Assembly (NCBI GenBank): GCA_000171835.1
Contig: ABHC01000013.1
Span: 104,340 to 168,339, forward strand
Origin: an alpha proteobacterium BAL199
GTDB taxonomy: Bacteria; Pseudomonadota; Alphaproteobacteria; Thalassobaculales; Thalassobaculaceae
DNA: 64,000 bases
Direction: 5' to 3'
The position numbers and the translations under genes are program-made. The notes beneath the pieces were generated by a model. It made no database searches and was not told where the DNA came from. It saw only the letters and a program-made list of their open reading frames with translations. The first letter of the stretch is position 1. Each line of letters opens with the position of its first letter. This document shows, piece after piece, positions 36,901 to 47,100 of this stretch.

Positions 36901-38137
36901 CACCGCCCTGGTCGCGCATCACGACGCCCTGCGCTCCCGCTTCAAGGCCGATGTCGGCACCGGGATCCTGGCCGAGATCGCCGCGCCGGGGGACACTCCC
37001 GAAATCCAGGTGATCGACTGCACATCCAACACGCTGGAGGAACACTGCGAGGATCTGCAGCGCAGTCTGGACCTGTCCGAGGGTCCGCTGATCCGATCGG
37101 CGATCCTGCGCCTGCCCGATGGCGACCGGCTGCTGGTGGTGATCCACCATCTGGTGGTCGACTGGGTGTCCTGGCGCATCCTGATCGCCGACCTGCAACG
37201 CGCCTATGATCAGCGGCGGGCCGGCGACCCGATCACCCTGCCGCCGCGCACCGACTCCTTCAAGGACTGGGCCGAGGCCGTGACCGGGACGGCGGACAGC
37301 CCCGACCTGGTGCGGGAGAAGGCCTGGTGGGCGGCACTATCGCAGGGAGACGGCCTGCGACTGCCGTTCGCCCACATCCCACCGGACTCCGCCGATCTCG
37401 TGGCCGACGCGCGCACCGCCACGGTCACCGCGCCCGCCGACCTCACCACCGCCCTGCTCGGCCCCGCCAACTCGGCCTATGCGACCGAGACCGTGGATCT
37501 GCTGCTGGCCGGCCTGGCCCGCGCGGCGCGGGGGCTCGCCGGCGCCGGACGGCTGGTGGTGGTGCTGGAAGGCCACGGCCGCGAAGCCGAGCTCTCCACC
37601 CTCGACGTGAGCCGGACCGTCGGCTGGTTCACCACCCTGTACCCGGTCGCCTTTGACTTGGACGACACCGGTGACGCCGGCCGTCAGGTCCGAACGGTCA
37701 AGGACAGCCTGCGCGCCGTTCCCCGGCGGGGCGTGAGCTATCTGGCACTCCTGGACCGGCCCGACGGGATCTCCGAGGCGCCGGCGCAGATCGCCTTCAA
37801 CTACCTCGGCCGGCTGGAGTTGGCGGAGCAGCGGGCGGACGGTATCGGCTTCGAGCTTGCGCCCGAGGAGGCCGGTCCGGCGATCAGTCCCCAGGCTCGG
37901 AGACCGGTACCGCTGGAGATGTTGGCCTCGGTCACGGACGGCCGCCTGCATGTGACCCTGACCTACAACCAACGCCATGCGAATCAGGGCGATATAACAG
38001 CGTTCTTGGACGCCTATCTGTCGGCACTCGCGGACATCGGCGCCCATTGCCTGACCACCAGGGGAGTGACCACGGCGTCCGACCTGAGCTGGTCCGGCCT
38101 GGCCGACGAAGACCTCGACACCCTGTTCGATCAGTAG
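33212..38137 (+). CDS. NRPS: N-truncated C (C-terminal subdomain only)-A(interrupted by MT)-PCP-E
   Basis: Begins 12 nt after the giant gene's stop. The first ~245 aa match only the acceptor-side half of a C domain, with no HHxxxDG. A domain shows AYVLHTSGSTGRPKG...NAYGPTE...LPAYMVP...SGKIDR. PCP GGDSIR. E-domain signature HHLVVDWVSW. Confidence 0.9.
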   Translation: MSRLTTSPARADLARYTGHGFDAHRAFWQDRTAACVDPVDLGADGTSPATHAHPFSAEAAGTLARISGGQELGRLVVVTAAVARVLAAWGGGQSILVDTPPLPTSAHAGEPVAMVLPLMLTGTVRDLLTATRAVIADAYGHQDFPIRRLSDPALPEARMMIASPALHDVPADNEARDLTLTLDLTLTLEQTGLRLRHRLAPWRAAAFAAQIDRAVAGFAETDRPLADIDLLSAGEQATALAFGRGPDVEMAEETLWGLFRTAVRDHGERVALRDRGVGLTYGDLSRRAEGLAQVLRQRHGVKTGDLVGVIAARNAEWIIALLAILRAGAAYMPLGADQPEARLAAVVDSARPALVLSCTPAAPPLAGALAVSMLLDASDTLADAAIGDEGPAPGDLAYVLHTSGSTGRPKGVMIEHGGFATMIRHQIATFTITPEDRVVQLAAATFDASMSEIFMALAQGGTLVLVEDDQIADTARFTAHLAAEAVTLMTMTPAHLAALDRHPMPTVRILITAGDAADPDTVRHYARTKLVFNAYGPTEVSVCASIHRASSERAGGPVPTGPVPIGQTTANSRIYLLDRFGQPVLPELPGEIVFAGPGVARGYLQADGDGNASPFLTDPFATPQRPARAYRTGDLGRFDADGTLIFLGRVDRQIKVRGYRIEPGEIEATLARHPRVRDAHVMTVAAPGGQTELVAYASTREAVELWPSIAEFFVYDDVAYGAMASDTRRNASYQAAFERALAGKVVLEIGPGAQAVLSRMAIAAGARKVYAVEISEHVASQARDRLAAEGLAGRVEVIVGDIRTVDLPEPADICISEIVGSIGGSEGSAVLIEASKRLLREPTAQIPARSVTRIAGVSLSDLDPDLAFSDLAAGYVERIFEAEGRSFDLRLCLKNLPDGAVVTTSDVFEDLNYRAPLDSASRHTIRLTVDADGTVDGFLVWLHLIVDAEHPEEAVDILDSKGSWLPVFLPLDVPLTALTAGDTIVAEIDRSLCANRLNPDFRITGSVTRGDTVIAAFTCDAPHVADGFRGNRFHRAAFDAHGRPRRADPPGEALRQHLEQTLPAYMVPAHLMLVDRMPLTASGKIDRAALPAPARGSKAAAIAPRDDREAALAEVFAQVLGLDGLGVEDDFFAAGGDSIRAIQIAARLGERGISLGSAAILEHRTVAALAPLSRSRADAPHKGPVTGPYPLSPIQARFFNRFQREPHHYNQALLLRPSERLEPEAVAGALTALVAHHDALRSRFKADVGTGILAEIAAPGDTPEIQVIDCTSNTLEEHCEDLQRSLDLSEGPLIRSAILRLPDGDRLLVVIHHLVVDWVSWRILIADLQRAYDQRRAGDPITLPPRTDSFKDWAEAVTGTADSPDLVREKAWWAALSQGDGLRLPFAHIPPDSADLVADARTATVTAPADLTTALLGPANSAYATETVDLLLAGLARAARGLAGAGRLVVVLEGHGREAELSTLDVSRTVGWFTTLYPVAFDLDDTGDAGRQVRTVKDSLRAVPRRGVSYLALLDRPDGISEAPAQIAFNYLGRLELAEQRADGIGFELAPEEAGPAISPQARRPVPLEMLASVTDGRLHVTLTYNQRHANQGDITAFLDAYLSALADIGAHCLTTRGVTTASDLSWSGLADEDLDTLFDQ
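35318..36380 (+). other. ~355-aa methyltransferase domain inserted between A8 and A9 motifs of A5; class-I SAM MT with PRMT-like motifs
   Basis: VVLEIGPGAQAVLSRMAIAAGARKVYAVE matches PRMT motif I/post-I (VLDVGSGTGIL...GARKVIGIE). A SEI..GSEGS double-E-like loop is present. The insertion site (after GYRIEPGEIE and before LPAYMVP) is the canonical interrupted-A-domain position. Confidence 0.6.
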
Positions 38138-38147
38138 GTCGCGGGAC

Positions 38148-41100
38148 ATGCTGAACCGGCAGAACCTCAAGGACCTCTATCCCCTGTCGCCGATGCAGGA
38201 GGGCATGCTGTTCCATGCCCTGCGGGAGCCGGAGTCGACCGCCTATTTCGAGCAGCTCAGCTTTCGCATGGCGCCGACCCCATCGCGCACGCACATCTCG
38301 GCGGTCTGGGATCTGCTGTTCCGCCGCCACGACATCCTGCGCACCGTCTTCATCCACACCAACGCCGCCCAACCGCTTCAGGCGGTGCTCAAGGACGCCC
38401 CGCCGGCCCTGCATTTCGAGGATCTGCGCGGCCTGTCCGACGACGCGCGCGAGCGGTTCCTCGCCGACTGGAAGGAATCCGACCGCCTCGCCGGGTTCGA
38501 CCTGACCAAGGCACCGCCGGTGCGGATCGCCTGCTTCGATCTGGGCGACGACGGGTGCGAGATCGTCTGGAGCCATCATCACATCCTGTTGGACGGCTGG
38601 TGCCTGGGGATCCTGCAGGGTGAATTCCTGGAAGTGCATCGGGCGCTGAGCGCGGGCGAGCAGCCGGCGCTGCCCCCGACCACCCCGTTCAGCCACTACA
38701 TCAAATGGCTGGGCGCGCGGGAACCGGGGGCCGCCCAAGACTACTGGAGCACCTATCTGAGCGGCTACGAGGAACTGGCCACGCTGGTGCCGCTGGCGGA
38801 GGGCGGCGCCCACCACCCGGCCGAGCACAGCTTCACCCTGGACGCGGAAACGGCGCAGCGCCTTCGGGCCATATCGGTCGACGCCGGCGTGACCCCGAGC
38901 ACACTGTACCACGCGCTCTGGGGACTGCTGCTGGGCCGCTCACTGGACCGCGACGACGTGGTCTTCGGCTCCGTGATCGCCAACCGTCCCGAAGAGATTC
39001 CAGGCATCGAGGGCATGCTGGGGTTGTTCATCAACGCGGTCCCGGTGCGCACCCGCTGGCGCGAGGCCGACAGCTTCCGCGATCTGCTTACCCACCTTCA
39101 CCAGGACATGCTCGCGCGTCGGGCTCACGAGTACCTGCCGCTGGCCGAGATCCAGGCCGGCTCCGAGGTGAACCGGGCGCTGTTCGATCACGTGGTGCTG
39201 GTTCAAAGCTATCCCCTGGACCAGCAGATGGTCGCCAACGCGACGGTCGAAATCGCGCAGGTCGAGCTGTTCGAGCACACCCACTACCCGTTGGCGGTGA
39301 GCATCACCCTTGGCGAGACGCCGAGCCTTCAGTTGGGCTATGACCGACGCCACCTGACCGCCGACGCGGTTCGCCGGATGGAACGGCAGTTCCGGGACCT
39401 GGTCGCCCTGGTGGCCGAGCAGCCGAACCGGCCGATCGACACCTTGCCGCTGGCCATCGCCGCACCGGCGACCGTGCGCCTGGCAGAGGCCGCACCCGCC
39501 GAGACAACCCTGGTCGCCCTGTTCGAGACCGCCGTCCGGGACCACGGCGATCGGGTGGCGGTGAGCTGCGGCGGGCGCGACCTGACCTACCGCGCGCTCG
39601 ACGCGGCCGCCAACGAGATCGCTTGGCGGCTGCTCGATCACACGGCGTTGGGACCGGACGACCGGGTCGCCCTGATCGCCCGGCGCAGCGAATTGCTGCC
39701 GGCGGCGATGCTGGGGATCGCCAAGGCGGGGGCCGCCTATGTGCCGATAGATCCCGACTACCCGGCCGACCGCATCGCTTTCCGGATACGGGACAGCGGG
39801 TGCCGCATGGTCCTGCGCCTGCCGGCGCCGGGGGAGAATCTGCCGCCAGCCTGCCGGGACGCGGTGCCGGCCGATCTGCCGGTTCTGGAGGTGTGCGGCG
39901 ATCTGGACGGACGCGACGCCCCTCCGCCGTCGCCGCCGTCCCCCGGCGATCTGGTCTATGTGGCCTACACCTCCGGCTCCACCGGGCGCCCGAAGGGCGT
40001 GATGATCGAACACCGCAACGTCGCCGCGTTCAGCGCGACCCTGGACGCCGTGTTCGGGCTTGGCCAGCGCGACACGATCCTGGCCCTGACCACCATCACC
40101 TTCGACATCTCCGTCCTTGAGCTTCTGTGCAGCCTGACGCGGGGTCTGCGGGTGGTGATCGCGTCCGACGCGGTCGCCGCCGATCCGGACCTGATCCTGG
40201 CGGAAATCGCCGCGCGCGGTGTCGACGTGCTTCAGGCCACACCGTCGCGGCTGCGCAATCTGTTGGACGCGGGCGGGGCCGAGCCTCTAAACCGGGTGCG
40301 GGTCGCCCTGGTCGGCGGCGAGAAGCTGCCGCCGGCGCTCGCGACCCTGCTGGCCGGCTATCCGGGAATGACCGCCTTCAACGTCTACGGCCCGACCGAG
40401 ACGACGATCTGGTCCACCGCCCAGCAACTGGCCACCGCCCCTCTGTCCATCGGCCGCCCGTTGCCCGGCGAGACCGTCATCCTGCTCTCGCGCAACGGCC
40501 GCCCCTGCCCGGTCGGGATGGTCGGCGAGATCTGTATCGGCGGGGTCGGCCTCGGCCGGGGATATCTCGGGCGCGACGACCTCACGGCGGAGCGCTACAT
40601 CACCCATCTGCTGGCACCCGGGGAGCGGTTGTATCGGACCGGGGACCTTGGCCGGTGGCGCGAGGACGGGGAGCTTGAGGTTCTGGGGCGCGGCGACGAT
40701 CAGGTGAAGGTGCGCGGCCACCGGATCGAACCGGGCGAGATCGAAGCGGCACTCGCGGCCTGCCCCGGCGTGCGCCAGGCCGTGGTCGCAACCCGCGAGC
40801 GCAACGGCGAGCTGGAGCTGGTCGCCTGGGCGGCCGGGGAGAGCCTGGACCCGGCGCCCCTGCGCGACGCCTTGATGCGACAACTCCCCGGCTACATGGT
40901 GCCCGGCCAGATTTCCGCGCTTGAGGCGATGCCGCTGCTGCCAAGCGGCAAGGTCGACCGTCACCGGCTGCCGGAGCCGGAGATCGGCCCTGCGCCGAGC
41001 GCCGCCCGCCCGCGCGACGCGCTGGAGACGCACGTCGCCGACCTGTTCGCCGACGTGCTTGAGGGCCCGGCGCCCGGCCTGTTCGACGATTTCTTCGCGC

Positions 41101-44100
41101 TGGGCGGACACAGCCTGAAGGCGACGCGACTTCTGGCCCGCCTGCGCAAGGCGTTCAGCCGCGATCTGCGCATGGCCGACCTGTTCCAGGAGCCGACGGT
41201 CGCCGGGGTGGCGGCGCGGATCCGCAAGGCCCTGCCCGCATTCGCCGACGCGATCCCCCGTCTGGCCGACGCGGAGTCCTATGCCCTCTCCCACTCCCAG
41301 CGCCGGATGTGGGTGCTGGAGCGGATGGAACCGGGGAGCCAGGCCTACCTGATGCCGGTGGCGTTCCGCCTCGACGGCGCGGTCGACGGAGACGCGCTGC
41401 GCCGGACGATCGACGCGCTGGCGGCCCGCCACGAGGCCTTGCGCACGATCTTTCCGGCCATCGACGGCGCACCGCGCCAGGTGATCCTGCCCGCCGGCCC
41501 CGTCGACATGACCGTCACCGACCGATCCGATGCCATCAACAGCGATGCGGAAGCGGCGGCGGCCATGGCCGAGTTCTTCGCCGAACCGTTCGCGATCGAG
41601 ACATCGGCGCCGTTCCGGGCCGCCCTGATCCGGCTCTCGCCGACGCGCCACCTACTGCTGTTCGCGCTTCACCACATCATCGCCGATGGCGAGACCCTGG
41701 CGATCCTGGAGCGGGACCTGGGCCGGCTCTACCGGGCGATCGCCGACGGCACCGGCCAGGATCCCGGCCCGGATCCCGGCGATCCGCCGGTCCGATACCG
41801 GGATTTCGCCGCCTGGCAGAACGACTTCCTGGCATGGGATGGCGCAGGGGACGGCGCAGGGAACAAAGCCGGGGACAGCCGTGCCTACTGGCACGACATC
41901 CTGTCCGGTGAGATCCCGGCTCTCGATCTGGGGACCGACCACCCGCGCCCCGCGATCGCCGATACCGCGGGCGATTTGCTGACGCTCTCGCTCGACCTTC
42001 GAGAGAGCAATGGCCTGCGCCGCTTGGCCCGCGACCGGGGGGCGACCCTGTTCATGGCGGTGTCGGCCCTGGTGGCCACCCTGCTGCACCGGCGCAGCGA
42101 CAGCGACGACGTGCTGCTCGGCTTTCCGGTGGCAGGCCGCACCCATGGCGACCTGCAGGACGTGGCCGGCATCTTCGTCAACACCCTGGTGCTGCGCCAT
42201 CGCCTGCCGGAGGGCGACGGGCTCGCCGCCGTGATCGATCGGGTGCGCCGGCAAGTCGAGGGCGCGCTGGAGCATCAGGCCTATCCGTTCGACCGCCTGG
42301 TGGACGAGCTTGAGATCCCGCGCGATCCCGGCCGTTCGCCGATCTTCGATGTGTTGGTGACGTTGCAGCCCCCGGTCACCGGACGGCTGAGCCTGGGGTC
42401 CCTCACCGTCACGCCGGAGCCGGTTCCCGCCACCACCAGCCGGTTCGAGCTAGCCTTCGCGTTCACCGATCCGGGCGACGGGACGATCGGCCTGACGATC
42501 GAATACCGCACGTCGCTGTTCGAGCGGCGCGGCATCGAGCGGCTGGCCGATCAGCTTCGCCGGCTGCTGGCCGGCGGCGTCGCCGACCCGCGAAAGCCGA
42601 TCACCCGCCTGCCGATCCTCGGGGCGGAGGATCTGCGGGTGATCGCATCGGCCGCCTCTCCGCCCCTGGCGCCGGTCGAGGACACGATCGTCTCCCTGTT
42701 CCGCCGGCAGGTGGCCCTGACACCGGATCTCCCGGCCCTGGTCGACGGCGACCGGCACCTGACCTACCGCGCGCTCAGCGATCGGGCCGACGCCCTGGCG
42801 ACGCTGCTGAGCGCGCGGGCCGAAACCGGCCCCGACCGGCGGGTCGCCGTGCTGGCCGAGCGGACCATCGACGCCTATGTGGGCATTCTCGGCATCCTGG
42901 TGGCGGGGGCGGCCTATGTTCCGCTCGACCCCGCCCATCCCGACGCCCGCCTGGAAGCCCTGATCGCCGATTGCGCGGCGGTCGCCGTGGTCACCGACGG
43001 CGCGCAGGCGCAACGCGCGCGGCGTCTCACCACGCGTCCGGTGCTGGAGAGCGGCGAAGGCGGGACCCGTACCGAGAGCCCGCCGCCGCCGACCCCCCAG
43101 CCCGATCATCTGGCCTATGTCATCTACACCTCCGGGACCAGCGGGCGGCCCAAGGGGGTGATGGTCGAGCATCGCGCGATCACCAACCTGGCCCGTTGGT
43201 TCGACTGGGACCTCTACGGCCGGTGCGGTACCGGGCTGCGGCACGCGGCGATCGCGGCGCTCACCTTCGATGTGTCGCCCCATGAGATCTGCGGATCCCT
43301 GCTCCGGGGCGACACGCTGTATGTCGTGCCCGAGGAGGTGAAGCGCGACCCGCGTTTGCTCGACCGGTTCATGGCCCGACATCGCATCGAGGTGTTGTGC
43401 ACCACGCCCTCCCTCCTCACCGCCGGCCTCGACGCAGGGTTGTGGGCCGGGGGCTGCACGCTGCGCGTCCTGGGCATCGGCGCCGAGCCGCTCACCCGGA
43501 CGCTGACGGACCGACTGTTCGCGCTCCCCCATCGCGAGGACTTTGCCGTCTGGAACCTGTACGGCCCGACCGAGGCATGCGTCGAATGCATCGTGCATCA
43601 GGTCAAACCGGGGTCCGGACCCGCCGCCGTGCCGATCGGCCGACCGATCCCGGCGACGCGGGTCTATCTGCTCGACACCCATGTGCAACCGACGCCGATC
43701 GGCGTTGCGGGAGAGATCTGCATCGCCGGCATCAACCTTGCCCGGGGATATCTGGGCCAACCGGAGCTGACCCGCGACCGGTTCGTCTCCCTGCCGGACG
43801 ACCCGACCGAACGGATCTACAGAACCGGGGATCTTGCGTACTGGAGACCCGACGGCAGCCTTCATTTCATCGGTCGGCGGGACCATCAGGTCAAGATCCG
43901 CGGCTACCGGATCGAGCTGGCCGAAATCGAGCATCATCTGCTGCGCCAACCGGGTGTGCGCGCTGGCGTCGTGATGCCCTGGGACACCGGCGACGGGGCG
44001 AGCCTCGCCTGCTGGTTCGTGCCGGAGGGAACGCCCGACGTCCCCGCCCTGCGCGAGGCCCTGGGAACCACCTTGCCGGCGCCGATGGTCCCGACCCATT

Positions 44101-47100
44101 TCGTGGCGATGGACGCGCTGCCGCTCAACGCCAACGGCAAAGTCGACCGGGCCGCCCTGCCGCCACCGATGATCGGGTCCGCGACCCAAGGGCTGGATCC
44201 GATCTCGGGACCAACCGAAGCCGCCTTGCACGACATCTGGGTCGAGGTGCTGGGCGACCAGGATGGCGGCCCGAGTTCCGGCCCGCTGTCGTTCGGACGG
44301 CGGGACGACTTCTTCACGGTGGGGGGGCACAGCCTGAAAGCCGTGCGCATCGCCGCGCGCATCCGCGACCGGCTGGCCGTCGACCTTCCCCTGTCGGTCC
44401 TGTTCTCCGCCCCGACCATCGCCAAACAGGCGGCACGGGTGGAGGCGCTGCGGCCGGCGCCAACCGCCGCGACCGCCCCCCCGACGGCCGAGCCCGATGA
44501 CGGTCTATACCCGCTGACCCACGCCCAACGCCGGCTTTGGGCACTCTGCCAGGCCGGTGCGGCGTCCGCCTACGGATTGGCGGCGGCGTTCGAGATTGCC
44601 GGCCCGCTGGATTCCGCGCGCTTCCGGGAGGCGCTGGGCGCCCTGGTCGACCGCCACGAGAGCCTGCGGACCGTGTTTCCAGTCATCGACGGGACACCCC
44701 GCCAACGCGTCCTCGACGCCACGGTGCCGGCGGTGCGGGGACGCGACCTGTCCGACGCACGAGAGCCGGTCGCCGCCGCCGTGGCCGACGCTCACGAGAT
44801 CGCGGCCGAGCCGTATGATCTTGCCACCGGTCCCCTGCTGCGCGTCGCGTTGTGGCGGGTCGGCAGCGATCGTCACGTGCTGCTGATCGCCGTGCACCAC
44901 ATCATCGGCGACGCCGGGTCGCTGGACGTGCTGCTGCACGATCTGACCGCGCTATACGCCGGCGATGCCCTGGCGCCCCTGAGCCGCCAGGCCCGGCACT
45001 TCGCGCTTGAGGAACAGGCCCGACTGGCCGCCGGCGGCGACGAGGTCGCGCGGGATCGCGCCTATTGGCTGGTCAAACTGGCGGGCGAACTGCCGGTCCT
45101 CGACTTCCCGTCCGACCATCCGCGTCCGCCGTTTCGCGATTGGCGGGGCGAAACCCTCGCCCGTCCTCTGTCGCCGGCGGTGACCGCGGGGCTCGACGCC
45201 CTGGCGCGGGCCGAGGGGGCGAGCCTGTACGCCGTGACGGTGGCGCTTGCGAAGGTGCTGCTGCATCGCCATAGCGGCCAGGACGACATCGTCCTCGGCT
45301 CGGTGGTGACGGGACGCGACGGCGCCGACTTGGAGGCTCAGATCGGCTTCTACGTGGAGACGGTCGCGCTGCGCGACACCGTGTCGGGCGACGCCTCCTT
45401 CTCCGCCCTGCTGGCCCGGGTGCGCCGGACCGTCGCGGACGCGATCGACCATCGCCGATACCCGTTCGATCGCGTCGTGGAAGACCTGGCCTTGGCACCC
45501 GACCGGTCCCGCAATCCGATCTTCGACGTGATGCTGGTCTATGAGACTCGCGGAGCGGCGAGGCCGGAGACCGGAAGCTTGCGGGTCTCGCCCCTGGCCC
45601 TCGCGAACCCGGTCAGCAAGCTAGACCTGACGTTCCACGTGAGCCTTGAGGAGGCGGGTCTGCACCTCGCCATCGAGTATCGGCGGGACCTCTACGCCGC
45701 CGATCGCATCACCCGCCTGCTGGCTCAGTTCGAGACCCTGGCCGCCGACCTGATCGCGCGGGGGTCGGCGACCCCGGTGGCCGATCTTCGGTTGCTGAGC
45801 GCCGACGACCGGGCGGCATTGACCGACTGCGTCTCTTGCGGCGGACGCCGGCCGGTAGCGTCCGCGCGGCTGGACAGCCTGTTCGCCGAACGCGCCGCCG
45901 CGATGGCCGACCGCCCGGCGGTGATCACCGGCGATACGGCGTTGAGCTACCACGACCTGGACGCGCTGTCGGATCGTGTTGCGGAGTTCCTGCGGCATCA
46001 CTGCGGGTTGCACGCCGGCGAACCGGTGCTGGTCCGGCTCGACAGGACGCCGCACCTGATCGCGGCGGTTCTGGGAATTCTGAAGGCCGGCGGTGTCTAC
46101 ATGCCGGTGGACCGGCAAACGCCGGCGACCCGCGTGACCGCCGTGCTGAACAAGAGCCGCTGCCGGCTGGCGATCGCCGACACCGCACCGGTCGGCATGA
46201 CCGCCTGCGGCGAGGTGTCCGCCGTCCGGGTCTTCAGCGCCGACGAGCCCCAGCGGGCCGCCGATCGATATGCCGGCTTGGAAGCCGGGCCGGACGGCGA
46301 TCCGCCCGCCTATCTGATCTTCACCTCCGGCTCGACCGGGGAGCCGAAAGGCGTGCTGCTCGGCCATGCCGGCTTCCTGAACATGATCACCTGCCAGATC
46401 GACACGTTCGGGATCGGAGCGGACGACCGGGTTCTGCTGTTCGCCTCGCCCGCGTTCGACGCGTCGATGTCGGAACTGTTCATGGCGTTGCTGGCGGGCG
46501 CGGCCCTGGTGCCGGCGCCGGCCGATACCGTCGCCGACCCCCGGCTGTTCCTGGAGTTGATGGATCGCCAGCGCGTCAGTGTCGCCACCCTGCCGCCCGC
46601 CTACCTCTCGGCCTTGGGGCGCCCGGCGTTGGCTGCGCTGAGGGTGCTGATCACCGCCGGCGAGCCGCCGGTCGACACCGACGTGCGCCACTACGCGCCG
46701 CGTTTGCGCTATTTCAACGCCTATGGCCCGACCGAAAGCTCGGTCTGCGCCAGCATCTTCGAGGTTCCGGCCGCCGGTGTCGGCGCCGACACACCCGTGC
46801 CGATCGGCCGCCCGCTCGCGAACACGGCCATCCATGTGCTGGACCCGCGCCTGGCGCCGGTCCCCATCGGGGTTCCGGGCGAGATCTGCATCGCCGGGGC
46901 GGGCCTGGCGCTCGGCTATGTCGGCGATCCGGCGGAGACCGCGCGGGCGTTCGTCGACTGGAACGGCATCCGGCTCTACCGCACCGGCGATCGCGGGTGG
47001 TGGCGCGAGGATGGCCAACTGGTCTACGGCGGGCGCCTGGACCAGCAACTCAAGATTCGCGGCCAGCGGGTCGAACCGGCGGAAATCGAACGCGCGCTGA

